NCBI GenBank assembly: GCA_018061035.1
Contig: JAGOUX010000001.1
Span: 6,817 to 70,816 of the forward strand
Reading direction: 5' to 3'
DNA from: Minisyncoccota bacterium
Lineage (GTDB): Bacteria > Patescibacteriota > Minisyncoccia > Phycocordibacterales > UBA9973
DNA: 64,000 nt
Below, in pieces: positions 28,485 through 38,112 of the stretch. A model generated the notes under the pieces. That model was given only the letters and a program-made list of their open reading frames with translations. It was not told the origin of the DNA and made no database searches. Each line of letters opens with the position of its first letter. Positions within the stretch are counted from its first letter, which is position 1. Made by a program: the position numbers and the translations under genes.

Positions 28485-28991
28485 TTATAAAGAATCTAGA
28501 AATTCGTTTATTTCCTTAAAAGAAGACAGCGTGATTACTTCGTGTTTACGTGGTTCAATAAGGATAGATGGCGTTCGCTTCCCCTTCCTATACCCGAGTC
28601 CATATTTTTTATAGAGTACATGTTTCATAAGCTTTAATGACCCCAATATGGTATCGTTTTCTCTTTGAAAATACCTCTTTAAAATAACTGCCCATTGGGT
28701 GGGTATATTTTTATATTTAAGATGAATGATTGTATCAGCTGAATGTAATCCTGGTTCAAGTAGATATTCAGTTGTGCCTTCTACTATCCATTTTTCTTTT
28801 TTAAAGACTTCTGATATTTGAAATATGGACTCTGGCCTATTTCGAATTTTTGTAAATTTTACTTCGTAATAAAAATCGTCAGTTGAATAATTTGGTATTC
28901 CTAACTTGGAAGAAAGTTTGGATGCGAGGGTAGATTTTCCTCTACCAGCATCTCCTACAATGAGTATTCTATTTAAAATTCTGTCTGCCAT
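28485..28991 (-). CDS. P-loop NTPase (adenylate-kinase / topology-modulation-protein-like)
   Basis: Walker A GDAGRGKST near the N-terminus; ~170 aa. Confidence 0.5.
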   Translation of the reverse strand: MADRILNRILIVGDAGRGKSTLASKLSSKLGIPNYSTDDFYYEVKFTKIRNRPESIFQISEVFKKEKWIVEGTTEYLLEPGLHSADTIIHLKYKNIPTQWAVILKRYFQRENDTILGSLKLMKHVLYKKYGLGYRKGKRTPSILIEPRKHEVITLSSFKEINEFLDSL

Positions 28992-29005
28992 ATTTTTAGC
29001 ATCTG

Positions 29006-29076
29006 CGGGCGATGAGAGAATCGAACTCCCGCCAGCGGTTTTGGAGACCGCTGTTCTGCCACTAAACTAATCGCCC
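29006..29076 (-). tRNA. tRNA-Trp (anticodon CCA)
   Basis: Hand fold: acceptor GGGCGAU/AUCGCCC, anticodon loop CUCCAAA, T-loop UUCGAUU; 71 nt; no encoded CCA. Confidence 0.8.
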
Positions 29077-29110
29077 GTGACTTATTTATACCTTAAAACA
29101 GCGAAATAGG

Positions 29111-29135
29111 CAAAAGAAAATCCCCTATTCGGGGA
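29111..29135 (-). terminator. Rho-independent terminator downstream of rpmG
   Basis: Minus-strand stem UCCCC-gaaua-GGGGA followed by UUUUCUUUU. Confidence 0.6.
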
Positions 29136-29152
29136 CTTTCTAGAAAATGAGA

Positions 29153-29311
29153 TTATTTCTTGATCTCTTTGTGCTTAGTTACTTTTTTGCACCATTTGCA
29201 ATATTTATTAAGCTCTATCTTTTTAGTGACGAGTTTCTTGTTCTTGCTGGACCAGTAATTTGTACGCTTGCAGGTTCCGCAGGCGAATTTAATAAGTCTA
29301 TCTTGTGACAT
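29153..29311 (-). CDS. rpmG: 50S ribosomal protein L33
   Basis: 52-aa ORF MSQDRLIKFACGTCKRTNYWSSKNKK...KYCKWCKK with two CxxC pairs; below the ORF-track size cutoff, found by hand. Confidence 0.8.
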   Translation of the reverse strand: MSQDRLIKFACGTCKRTNYWSSKNKKLVTKKIELNKYCKWCKKVTKHKEIKK

Positions 29312-29384
29312 GAATATAGATTAATACAAAATCCCTTAAAAGGCAAGCCTATTTTAGAAATATCCCAATATAGGTCTAATTGGG

Positions 29385-30524
29385 CTAAAATCTCTTGATT
29401 ATAGGGTTAATTCGGGTAGTTATCTCGTAGTTAATAGTATCTGAATCCTGAGCCATCATATCAGCCTCGGCATAGTAGCCCTTTTCCCCACCGATTATTG
29501 CCACCTCGTCCCCTACCTTAACCTTGTGCCCAGTCAGGTCGATAGTGATCATATCCATCGAAACTCTACCTATTAATTTCACCATTTTTCCACGCAGACT
29601 AAGCATTCCTTTGCTAGATAACAATCTCGAATATCCATGCCAATAGCCCACAGGCACAATTCCCAGTAATGTATCTCGTTTGAGTTCCTCAGTAAGGTCG
29701 TAGCCGATCTTTGCGCCCTTGGGGATTTTTTTAATTTCTGAAATTACAGCTTTCCATGAGAGTACTGGGTACAATTTATATTTATGTCCAAGTTCTTCTT
29801 TTGTCTCTCGGGATGGCCACAGACCATACATACCGATACCAACGCGCACCATATCAAAATGTAGCTCTGGGAAAAACATTGTCGAAGATGTAGCGCATAG
29901 ATGCTTGAGTGGCTTGAAACCAAGAGCCAAAAATGCAAGATACCAAACATCAAGTCTACTTGCCTGAAGCATAGTGTATTCTCGCCCCGCAAGATCCTCG
30001 CCCACTGCGAGGTGACTATAAATACCCTCGAGATGAATACATTTTTTTGTTTCATCTTTGCTTAATTGTCCAAGGACTTTCTTCATATCTTCTGGCATAA
30101 AGCCTTGGCGACCGAGACCAGTGTCAGCCTTAATATGGATTTTCAATTTACCAGTAAGCTTTTGCTTCAATATTGCCTCAAGCGCTGGGAAATTGGATAT
30201 TGTAAGAGAAATATTTTTTCTAACTGCTTCCTGATAATACGAGGGCGATACATACCCGAAAACCATAATAGGAGTTTTGATTCCGGCTGTTCGGAGCTCG
30301 AGTGCCTCATCGAAGGAATCAACACCAAGGAAATTAACCCCAGCCTTCACCACCTCTTTTGCGAATGGCACAAGACCGTGGCCGTAAGCATTTGATTTAA
30401 CTACAGACATTAGCAAGCATTCCTTGGGAATCATTTTGCGAAAAGTCTGGGAGTTTTTCTTTATTGCTACTCTATCTAGCTCTACCCAAGTGCGCAGTTT
30501 AGTTTTTTCTATCTGTGTAAGCAT
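29385..30524 (-). CDS. alr: Alanine racemase
   Basis: PLP-lysine motif SVVKSNAYGHG. Confidence 0.85.
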   Translation of the reverse strand: MLTQIEKTKLRTWVELDRVAIKKNSQTFRKMIPKECLLMSVVKSNAYGHGLVPFAKEVVKAGVNFLGVDSFDEALELRTAGIKTPIMVFGYVSPSYYQEAVRKNISLTISNFPALEAILKQKLTGKLKIHIKADTGLGRQGFMPEDMKKVLGQLSKDETKKCIHLEGIYSHLAVGEDLAGREYTMLQASRLDVWYLAFLALGFKPLKHLCATSSTMFFPELHFDMVRVGIGMYGLWPSRETKEELGHKYKLYPVLSWKAVISEIKKIPKGAKIGYDLTEELKRDTLLGIVPVGYWHGYSRLLSSKGMLSLRGKMVKLIGRVSMDMITIDLTGHKVKVGDEVAIIGGEKGYYAEADMMAQDSDTINYEITTRINPIIKRF

Positions 30525-31489
30525 TAGACTGAGGACTTAAGGTTAGCGTCACGGTCAAAACGCTCGAATGCAAGTTCTACTAATCGGTCGAGGAGCTTCG
30601 AGACAGGCAGTCCGCTCGCCTCCCACATCTTTGGATACATACTAATATCTGTAAATCCCGGAAGAGTATTAATCTCGTTCACTAAGATCTCTCCATTCTT
30701 CTTTAGAAATACATCAACACGGCTTAAGCCCTCGCAACCGAGAACTTGAAAGGTTTTAATTGCTATCTCCTGTACTTTCTTGGCAGTTTTTTTATCAATC
30801 TGAGCAGGAATAACTGAAACAGAATTGCTATCGTTATATTTTGCGTCATAAGAATAAAAATCTTGTCCGGCAATTATTTCTCCAGGAACAGAGGCCATAG
30901 GCAAATCATTCCCGAGCAATGCGCACTCTATCTCTCTGCCATCTATGAATTCTTCAATCACAACTTTTGTATCAAAGAGGAATGCTGTTGCAAGAGCTTT
31001 CTTAAATTCCTTTTCATTCCTAACTTTGCTGATACCTACAGATGAGCCCATATTGGCTGGCTTGATGAACATAGGCAAAATGAGTTCTTTTTTTATAGTA
31101 TTGAAATTTATTTTTTCACCCTTCCTAATAGCAACAAATTTGCCGATAGGTATACCTGCATCTCGAAGCAAGCGCTTCATGAAATCTTTGTCCATACCCA
31201 CCGCCGAACCAAGCACTCCTGGACCAACGAATGGCACACCTGCCAGCTTGAGCAAACCTTGCATACTGCCATCCTCTCCGAAGGGCCCATGAAGGACAGG
31301 AAAAATAACATCGAAGCTCTTCACCAGCTCAAGGTCGAAATTACCGTCTCTGCCTATCTCAATGGCAGTTATATCGTATTTTTTCTGATCGAGAGCCTGC
31401 AAAACATTGCGAGCAGATACCAAAGACACATCATGCTCTGCTGACTTTCCCCCCGAGAGTATTCCAACCTTTATCTTTCGTTTAGCCAT
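30524..31489 (-). CDS. ddl: D-alanine--D-alanine ligase
   Basis: ATP-grasp fold, Ddl-like N-terminus KIKVGILSGGKSAEHDVS. Confidence 0.85.
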   Translation of the reverse strand: MAKRKIKVGILSGGKSAEHDVSLVSARNVLQALDQKKYDITAIEIGRDGNFDLELVKSFDVIFPVLHGPFGEDGSMQGLLKLAGVPFVGPGVLGSAVGMDKDFMKRLLRDAGIPIGKFVAIRKGEKINFNTIKKELILPMFIKPANMGSSVGISKVRNEKEFKKALATAFLFDTKVVIEEFIDGREIECALLGNDLPMASVPGEIIAGQDFYSYDAKYNDSNSVSVIPAQIDKKTAKKVQEIAIKTFQVLGCEGLSRVDVFLKKNGEILVNEINTLPGFTDISMYPKMWEASGLPVSKLLDRLVELAFERFDRDANLKSSV

Positions 31490-31507
31490 TCTTCGAGTAT
31501 ATCTTAA

Positions 31508-32236
31508 TTATTTCAAAATCGCACTCTCGAGATCCTTGGGCACCTTGGTGAGATTTTCGTATCCATTTGCAGTGATGAGGACCATGTCTTCTATGCGCAC
31601 CCCTCCGAAACCTTTCAAATATATACCGGGCTCTATGGTCATAACGCATCCCACAGGCAATACATCTTCGCTCTTTGGTTTGAAGTTCGGCCACTCATGG
31701 ATCACAGTGCCGACACCATGACCAAGACCATGTTGAAAGTTATCTTTATATTTTTTAGCGAGAAATTTTCTTGCAGATGCATCGATTATTTTTGCTCGCT
31801 TCTCACCAACTGCCAATTTTTTCATTGCTTGCTCCATCGCGCCAAGGACATCTAGATATACCTTTTTCTGTTTGGCTGTCGGCTCACCGAAGAAATATGT
31901 TCGGGTCATATCCGAACAGTAATGATTCACAGTACAACCGAAATCAAACATGACCATGTCTCCTTTTTTAAGCTTTGATTTACCCGGCTCATGATGGATG
32001 TTCGCAGAATTTTTACCAAAGGCTACGATCGGAGAAAATGAAAGTATCGGCGCGCCATACTTTTTAAATTGAGAAGCAATATAATTCGCAAGCTCTATCT
32101 CAGTAACTCCTATTTTCACCCTAAGGACAACATCAGCCAGAACTTTTTCTGAGATTCGCTGTGCCTTAATTATATTCGCGAGTTCCTTTTTGTTTTTTGC
32201 AGCACGAATTTGATGAATGAGGGTAACAGATTCCAT
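31508..32236 (-). CDS. M24-family metallopeptidase (Xaa-Pro peptidase-like catalytic domain)
   Basis: HGLGHGVG motif and pita-bread-fold metal ligands; short form without the N-terminal domain. Confidence 0.7.
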   Translation of the reverse strand: MESVTLIHQIRAAKNKKELANIIKAQRISEKVLADVVLRVKIGVTEIELANYIASQFKKYGAPILSFSPIVAFGKNSANIHHEPGKSKLKKGDMVMFDFGCTVNHYCSDMTRTYFFGEPTAKQKKVYLDVLGAMEQAMKKLAVGEKRAKIIDASARKFLAKKYKDNFQHGLGHGVGTVIHEWPNFKPKSEDVLPVGCVMTIEPGIYLKGFGGVRIEDMVLITANGYENLTKVPKDLESAILK

Positions 32237-32239
32237 AAA

Positions 32240-33334
32240 CTAAAATAGATTTGCTACATCATGATAGGTGATGAAGATCATAAACAAGATAAGTATTCCG
32301 AATCCGATAGTGTTGAGAGTATTTGCAACTTTTGGATTTATAGGAGAACCCTTGATCTTCTCAATAAGCAAGAAGAAAAGTCTACCACCATCTAGGGCAG
32401 GAAAAGGTACCAGATTGATAATACCTAGGTTTATAGAAATAAGAGCTGCAAAGGATAGCAGGTAAGCAAAACCGAGAGTATAGGCATCCCCCACGATACC
32501 CACCATTCCCACCGGTCCAGTCACCCCAGACAGGCTTCCTTGGCCCATAATAGCGTCTTTTATGAGCGTATAAAGGCCTACGGCGGTACTTTTGGTGACA
32601 TTAGCTGTTAGACTCATTCCCTCCTTTAAAGCCATGAAAAAGGGCAATTTTGCTATACCGATTTCATCCATGGATATGCCAATAGCGGGCACTCCAGACT
32701 CATTAACCTTTGGCTGTATATTATATTCACCAGTTTCTCCTCCTCGCATGTAGGCGATAGTGAGCTCACCTTCGCCAGTTGAAATTACAAAGTCTCGAAA
32801 AGTGTCTGGGGTGATATCATTTGTAATTGCAGTTTTTTCATTTCGAACTCCGAGAATTTTATCACCAGACTGGAGACCAGCGTGATCTGCAGGAGAATCA
32901 CCAAGAACTGAAACCACTACGAGATGTACATCTTTGAGATTAGAGCCTTTAGATTCACTTCCTACTGATGTAGGCATGCCTGACATAAATCCAAAAGAGA
33001 ACAATAGCCATGCAAGTAAAAAGTTGGCAAAAACACCTGCCCCTAGCACTATGGCTTGTTTCCACTTGGCCTTGTGTACAAAACTTCTCTCTCGATCTGG
33101 ACCATTAGTATTTTCGTCGTCTGGATTCTCTCCGAATATCTTCACAAAGCCTCCGATCGGTAGCAGATTGAATGTATACTCAGTCTCACCTTTTTTAATA
33201 CCAAAAAGCTTAGGTGGAAACCCGAAACCGAATTCATCTACCCGAATACCAAACTTTTTCGCAGAATAAAAATGTCCGAATTCATGGACGATTACTAGTA
33301 CCAATAAAATTATGATGAAAATTACTATATTCAT
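32240..33334 (-). CDS. rseP: RseP-type site-2 protease (M50 zinc metalloprotease with PDZ)
   Basis: HEFGHF zinc motif in TM1, central PDZ-like region, C-terminal TM with LDGG motif. Confidence 0.8.
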   Translation of the reverse strand: MNIVIFIIILLVLVIVHEFGHFYSAKKFGIRVDEFGFGFPPKLFGIKKGETEYTFNLLPIGGFVKIFGENPDDENTNGPDRERSFVHKAKWKQAIVLGAGVFANFLLAWLLFSFGFMSGMPTSVGSESKGSNLKDVHLVVVSVLGDSPADHAGLQSGDKILGVRNEKTAITNDITPDTFRDFVISTGEGELTIAYMRGGETGEYNIQPKVNESGVPAIGISMDEIGIAKLPFFMALKEGMSLTANVTKSTAVGLYTLIKDAIMGQGSLSGVTGPVGMVGIVGDAYTLGFAYLLSFAALISINLGIINLVPFPALDGGRLFFLLIEKIKGSPINPKVANTLNTIGFGILILFMIFITYHDVANLF

Positions 33335-33340
33335 TCGGTC

Positions 33341-33892
33341 TTACCCCATTACTTCGGTCTGCTTCTTCTCAAATATTGCCTCAAGAGAATTGTTGGCTTC
33401 GTTGATTATCTTCTGAAGCTCTTCCTTTGCTCGGAATAGCTCGTCCTCGGTCATCTTGCCTTCCTTTTCTTGTGCAGTAATTGTTGAAAGTACATTCTCA
33501 CGTTCCTTGCGGACAGTGATTCTGGAATCTTCCAACTTCTCTTTCAGGACTTTTACTAGTCGCTCTCTGGTTTCGGTTGTGAGCTGAGGGAAGATAACTC
33601 TCATTCCGGCATCGTCAGTAGCCACAGACAATCCCAAATTTGCCGCTACGATAGCGCGCTCGATATCCTTAAGCTGATTTTTATCCCACGGCGCAATGCG
33701 GAGTGTTTTTGGATCCTCGATAGATACAGATGCTAGGTTCTTGATCGGCATATATTGCCCATAGCTCTCTACAGAAACACCATCCAATATCATTGGTGAG
33801 GCTCGGCCGACATTGAGCTGGCTGTACTCTTTGCTGAGGAATTCCTCTACTTTCTTAAGATCATTTTTGAAAACGGAAAAATTGTATAACAT
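33341..33892 (-). CDS. frr: Ribosome recycling factor
   Basis: 183-aa RRF-like sequence in the usual position. Confidence 0.9.
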   Translation of the reverse strand: MLYNFSVFKNDLKKVEEFLSKEYSQLNVGRASPMILDGVSVESYGQYMPIKNLASVSIEDPKTLRIAPWDKNQLKDIERAIVAANLGLSVATDDAGMRVIFPQLTTETRERLVKVLKEKLEDSRITVRKERENVLSTITAQEKEGKMTEDELFRAKEELQKIINEANNSLEAIFEKKQTEVMG

Positions 33893-33915
33893 ATGCTTAT
33901 TGTAACATACTAAAT

Positions 33916-34647
33916 TTATTTTAATAAATGAGGAGTCACAAGGGCCACTGACTCCATCAAACTCTTCGTACTTGAGCCTGGCATACGGAGAAATTTACGA
34001 ACTTTAAAAACATGCTCCAAAGAAAACAAAAGCTCTTTATTGTCAGGATTATTCTTTAGGCTCGCACCCATAATTGATTCGATTCCATTCAAAAACACCA
34101 TTGCTCTTGCTCGTGCAGAATTTTCACTTTCTATTTCTTTACCCTCTTCGTCTACTTGCTCTTCTTCCACTAGCATATCTTTAATATAATCGATTCGTTT
34201 AAAAAGAGGCATTCTTAGAAAATTTTCAATTTCATTATCTTCATTCTTTCTATTCTTGGCAGTAATAAAATAAAACCGAGAAATAAGAGTTGGTAAAAGA
34301 GCATTCCGGTCTGGAATGATTATAAAAAAATGAGTATTCTCTATAGGTTCCTCAAACATTTTTAGCAATGTATTTTGCGCTTCAAATAGAAAACTATTTA
34401 CCGAAACCACAAATATTTTTTTATTTTCTGAATATCCTTTCTCTGTTGCTAAGGCTTTCAAATTTCTAGCATCATCAATTTTGAATGAATCTATATGAAT
34501 ATGAGTAAAATCTGCATTTCCCACAGTAGCAACTCCCAAACTTTCAGCAAAACTAAAAATTTGAGGAAGCAATTCTTCCTTATCTCCTTCAATTAGAAAT
34601 GCATGATGTAGATTATCCTTGTCCAGATTTTGAAAGATTAGGTTCAT
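33916..34647 (-). CDS. DNA polymerase III delta-prime-like clamp-loader subunit
   Basis: N-terminal HHAFLIEGDKE resembles the holB hHAyLf.G pattern; no intact P-loop. Confidence 0.45.
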   Translation of the reverse strand: MNLIFQNLDKDNLHHAFLIEGDKEELLPQIFSFAESLGVATVGNADFTHIHIDSFKIDDARNLKALATEKGYSENKKIFVVSVNSFLFEAQNTLLKMFEEPIENTHFFIIIPDRNALLPTLISRFYFITAKNRKNEDNEIENFLRMPLFKRIDYIKDMLVEEEQVDEEGKEIESENSARARAMVFLNGIESIMGASLKNNPDNKELLFSLEHVFKVRKFLRMPGSSTKSLMESVALVTPHLLK

Positions 34648-34693
34648 AGGTTCTAGGTTCTAGAAGCTAATCACTAGCCACTAGCACCTGATT
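34648..34693. repeat. CTAG-rich intergenic repeat (copy A)
   Basis: AGGTTCTAGGTTCTAGAAGCTAATCACTAGCCACTAGCACCTG fills the whole holB-like/mreB intergenic space; its reverse complement matches 45681-45756. Confidence 0.7.
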
Positions 34694-35707
34694 TTACTTC
34701 TTACTTAATACTGTTTTCTTATATACGTCCAAGTGATCGAGTGCTATGCCTGTACCTTTGACAACACAAAATAATGCATCCTCTGCTAGATTTGCCTTTA
34801 CTCCAGTCTTGCGATATACGAGATCAGTAAGATTGCGGAGCTGAGATGAGCCACCAGTCATGATTATTCCGTGATCCATGATATCAGAAGCCAATTCGGG
34901 TGGAGTCTCCTGAAGTACGTCCTTAATAGCTTTAATAATTTGTTTCAATTCTCCATCAATAGCTCTAACTATTTCATTTGTACCTACCTGAGCGCTTCGA
35001 GGCAAGCCTTGTATAAAATCTCTACCTTTGATTGTTACTCTTAGTTCTTCATCGAGAAGTATTGCTGCTCCAATTTTAATTTTAACTTCTTCGGCTGTTC
35101 TATCACCAATGGCTAGGTTGAAAGTTTTTTTAATATAGTCTGCGATAGCTTGATCAATTTTATTGCCAGCACACTTTACAGAAGTAGAAGCAACGATTCC
35201 GCCAAGCGAAATCACAGCTACGTCTGTGGTGCCTCCGCCTATGTCTACTACCATATACCCTTTTGATTCATATATGGGAATTCCCGCACCGATAGCTGCC
35301 AAAATCGGCTCTTTGACGACATAAGCATTTCTAGCGCCTGCGCGAATTGCAGCTTCTACCACTGCTCGACGTTCGGTCGAAGTCACTCCAGCTGGCACAG
35401 AGACCATCACATCTGGTTTGAAAAAATTCCATTTACCCATAGCCTTGCTGATAAAATATCTGAGCATTGCTTCAGTCACTCGATAATCCGCAATGACTCC
35501 ATCCTTCATCGGACAATATGTAATAATAGATTCGGGTGTCTTGCCGATCATATCTTTCGCTTCGAAACCAATAGCTAAAATTTTATTATCTTGCTCTGAA
35601 ACTGCTACCACTGATGGTTCATTTAATACTATTCCTTTGCCGGGCATAAATACGAGCGTATTTGCAGTACCCAAATCTATTCCTAATTTCTTTGAAAAAA
35701 TACCCAT
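34694..35707 (-). CDS. mreB: Rod-shape-determining protein MreB
   Basis: Actin-fold MreB sequence (GIDLGTANT, DIGGGTTD). Confidence 0.9.
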   Translation of the reverse strand: MGIFSKKLGIDLGTANTLVFMPGKGIVLNEPSVVAVSEQDNKILAIGFEAKDMIGKTPESIITYCPMKDGVIADYRVTEAMLRYFISKAMGKWNFFKPDVMVSVPAGVTSTERRAVVEAAIRAGARNAYVVKEPILAAIGAGIPIYESKGYMVVDIGGGTTDVAVISLGGIVASTSVKCAGNKIDQAIADYIKKTFNLAIGDRTAEEVKIKIGAAILLDEELRVTIKGRDFIQGLPRSAQVGTNEIVRAIDGELKQIIKAIKDVLQETPPELASDIMDHGIIMTGGSSQLRNLTDLVYRKTGVKANLAEDALFCVVKGTGIALDHLDVYKKTVLSKK

Positions 35708-35821
35708 CCCGTTAGAAGCAGGTCACGGTTGAATAACCGTGATTTAGCTTGATTATCTTATTAAATTTTTGAAGTTTGATTATCATTTTTTCTTAATATT
35801 GTGACCACTATTTCTAACGGG
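35708..35821. mobile_element. MITE-like element, copy 3 (abutting the mreB start codon)
   Basis: TIRs CCCGTTAGAAGCAGGTCACGG / TGTGACCACTATTTCTAACGGG; perfect 6-bp TSD ACCCAT at 35702-35707 and 35822-35827. Confidence 0.7.
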
Positions 35822-35863
35822 ACCCATGAAAGTAATATAACACATATATGCTAGAATAAAAGC

Positions 35864-37780
35864 ATGAAAATCGTTACCGTTATTCCGCTCGAAAAAACTG
35901 CATTTTCTGGAATTCTGACATATTTTACCTCTAAAGAATTGTCACCTGGAAGCATCGTTTCTATCGCTATTCGCAACAAAAAGATACTCGGCTTAGCTGT
36001 ATCTGTAGAAGAAGCTGAAGATATGAAAAGCGATATAAAGGGTATGGATTTCAATCTTCGAAAGATACTCGACGTCAAGGAGCATTCCCTATTTCGAGGT
36101 GAATTTCTTGATGCTGCTTTTATGACTAGCGAATACTTTGGAAGTACAAAAAATAGCGGACTTTCTCTCCTAATCCCCACTATACTAAAAACAGAGTACG
36201 ACAAAATTTCAAAATTTGTACCTGCCACAACTATTTCAAGTCAGCACTCTGAAATACGTCCAGAGAAATTGCTATTACAGATGCCGTTTGAAGAAAGAAT
36301 TTCAGTTTATAAAACTTTAATTCGTGAAAATTTTGCAGTCAAAAAATCTATCTTCATAGTCCTGCCGACCGAGCAAGATATAAAAGAAATTTCTGGGATA
36401 TTATCTAAGGGTATTGAACAATTCACTTATGCCTTGTACAGCAACCTAAGTGAAAAAAAGACACTACATGCAATACAAGGCATTATTACCAACGCTCATC
36501 CGATATTGATTTTGGGCACTGCACCATTTTTGTCTGTGCCACGTTATGATATCGGTACAATAATCCTCGAACACGAGAGCTCAAATGCGTACCGAAACAT
36601 TGGTCGCCCACACATGGATCAAAGAGTCTTCGCCGAAATATTTGCCTCAAAAATAAATGCTAAAATTATTTTTAGTGATACTATGCTTCGATTTGAAACT
36701 ATTGGCCGAGAAGAAATCGACAACTTTGCGCCGATGCATCCGATGTCTTACCGAATAGACCTGGCAAAAGAAATTCAAATTTTGGACAAAGGAGACAAAT
36801 TTAAGGTGCTCTCAGACGAGGTGATAAGAGAAATCACGGCTACATTAGAAAAAGGCGAGAATGCTTTTGTATTCGCCCTTCGAAAGGGCCTAGCGACTAT
36901 GACTGCATGTCGAGATTGTAGCCATGTAGTAGATTGCGAAAATTGTGGCGGGCCAGTGGTATTGTATTTATCTCGTGATGGCAAAAAACGAATGTTCATC
37001 TGTAATAGATGTAAAAATCAAATGAAAGATGATACCTATTGCAAAAGTTGTGGCTCATGGAATCTCATGCCACTAGGTATAGGCACCGACACAGTAGAAC
37101 TCGCTTTAAGAGAAATATTTCCTAAGATTAAATTATTTAAAATAGACAAAGAGGCAGTAAAAAGTTCCAAGGGTGCCGAAAAAATCGTTGAAGAATTTGA
37201 ATCAGAAAAAGGAGCTATTTTGATAGGAACAGAGATGGCCCTATATTATATTCACAAACAAATTCCCCTTTCGATAATATCTTCCTTCGAAACTCTATGG
37301 GGCATTCCGAATTTCAAAATGAGTGAAAAGGTGATCCAGCTTATATTGGCCCTCCATTCAAAATCTTCAAAAAAGTTGATTGTGCAAACCAAAAACCCAA
37401 CCGACCCGGTGATACAGGCAGTGCAATCTGGAAATCTAGTTTCTTTTGTGCGTAGTGAACTAGAAGACAGAAAAAACTTGGACTATCCTCCCTATAAGCG
37501 TTTCGTTAAAATTACCCACACTGGAGAAAAATCTGATTCTGTAAATGCCAAAGAAGCATTGTTAGAAGTATTCTCGCCATACCAGCCGGAAATTTTTGGA
37601 GGATTTATTGGTTCAAGTAAAAATAAATATGTCACCAATATGTTGATCAAAATCGAACCATCAAAATGGTCCCTACCCGAATTATCTACTGGTGGAACAT
37701 TGGACAAAAATCTCCTTTTGAAATTATTATCACTGCCTTCTGTTTTTGATATATATATCGACCCTGAAGATCTGCTGTAA
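35864..37780 (+). CDS. PriA-like primosomal protein with degenerate helicase motifs
   Basis: PriA-like N-terminal 3' DNA-binding domain and Cys-rich zinc region (CRDCSHVVDCENCGG...CNRCKNQ). Walker A position reads MPFEERIS, the DEEH box reads LEHE, and motif VI is absent. Confidence 0.6.
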   Translation: MKIVTVIPLEKTAFSGILTYFTSKELSPGSIVSIAIRNKKILGLAVSVEEAEDMKSDIKGMDFNLRKILDVKEHSLFRGEFLDAAFMTSEYFGSTKNSGLSLLIPTILKTEYDKISKFVPATTISSQHSEIRPEKLLLQMPFEERISVYKTLIRENFAVKKSIFIVLPTEQDIKEISGILSKGIEQFTYALYSNLSEKKTLHAIQGIITNAHPILILGTAPFLSVPRYDIGTIILEHESSNAYRNIGRPHMDQRVFAEIFASKINAKIIFSDTMLRFETIGREEIDNFAPMHPMSYRIDLAKEIQILDKGDKFKVLSDEVIREITATLEKGENAFVFALRKGLATMTACRDCSHVVDCENCGGPVVLYLSRDGKKRMFICNRCKNQMKDDTYCKSCGSWNLMPLGIGTDTVELALREIFPKIKLFKIDKEAVKSSKGAEKIVEEFESEKGAILIGTEMALYYIHKQIPLSIISSFETLWGIPNFKMSEKVIQLILALHSKSSKKLIVQTKNPTDPVIQAVQSGNLVSFVRSELEDRKNLDYPPYKRFVKITHTGEKSDSVNAKEALLEVFSPYQPEIFGGFIGSSKNKYVTNMLIKIEPSKWSLPELSTGGTLDKNLLLKLLSLPSVFDIYIDPEDLL

Positions 37781-37827
37781 TTGACTTAGCTCATATTTGA
37801 TGTAAAGTTCAGTCAGACATTATCCAT

Positions 37828-38088
37828 ATGGGGCACAGCGTCCCAAAAGGAGTACACGTGTGGCATGGACGGAATTACGTTCCCAGTTACCGCTTCATCA
37901 TGCGGTCACCTCGTCCAGGCGAAATGATCCTTGATGAAGTGACCACCTGCGCATCTCTCTTGGAGGCATGTAGATGGGCAGAAATGAATTTCCCGCAAGG
38001 GGGTACGCTGTGGCATGGGGATACAGCAGTTCTTTGTGTTCCTCAGATGAAGTTCGAAGCAGTAAATACGCAAGGGGCGGCGTCGTGA
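37828..38088 (+). CDS. Hypothetical protein in GC-rich island A
   Basis: 86-aa ORF with GC-rich codons in an otherwise AT-rich genome, followed by the GC hairpin GGGGCGGCGTCGTGAGAACGACCCGCCCC. Confidence 0.35.
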   Translation: MGHSVPKGVHVWHGRNYVPSYRFIMRSPRPGEMILDEVTTCASLLEACRWAEMNFPQGGTLWHGDTAVLCVPQMKFEAVNTQGAAS

Positions 38089-38112
38089 GAACGACCCGCC
38101 CCTAAAATATGC

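Noticed and set aside
35822-35863. Short ORF ATGAAAGTAATATAA (35825) right of MITE copy 3 as a possible priA-side counterpart of the uORF arrangement
   Set aside because: It is only 4 codons and not adjacent to the priA start at 35864. The stop-4nt-ATG geometry is not present on this side.
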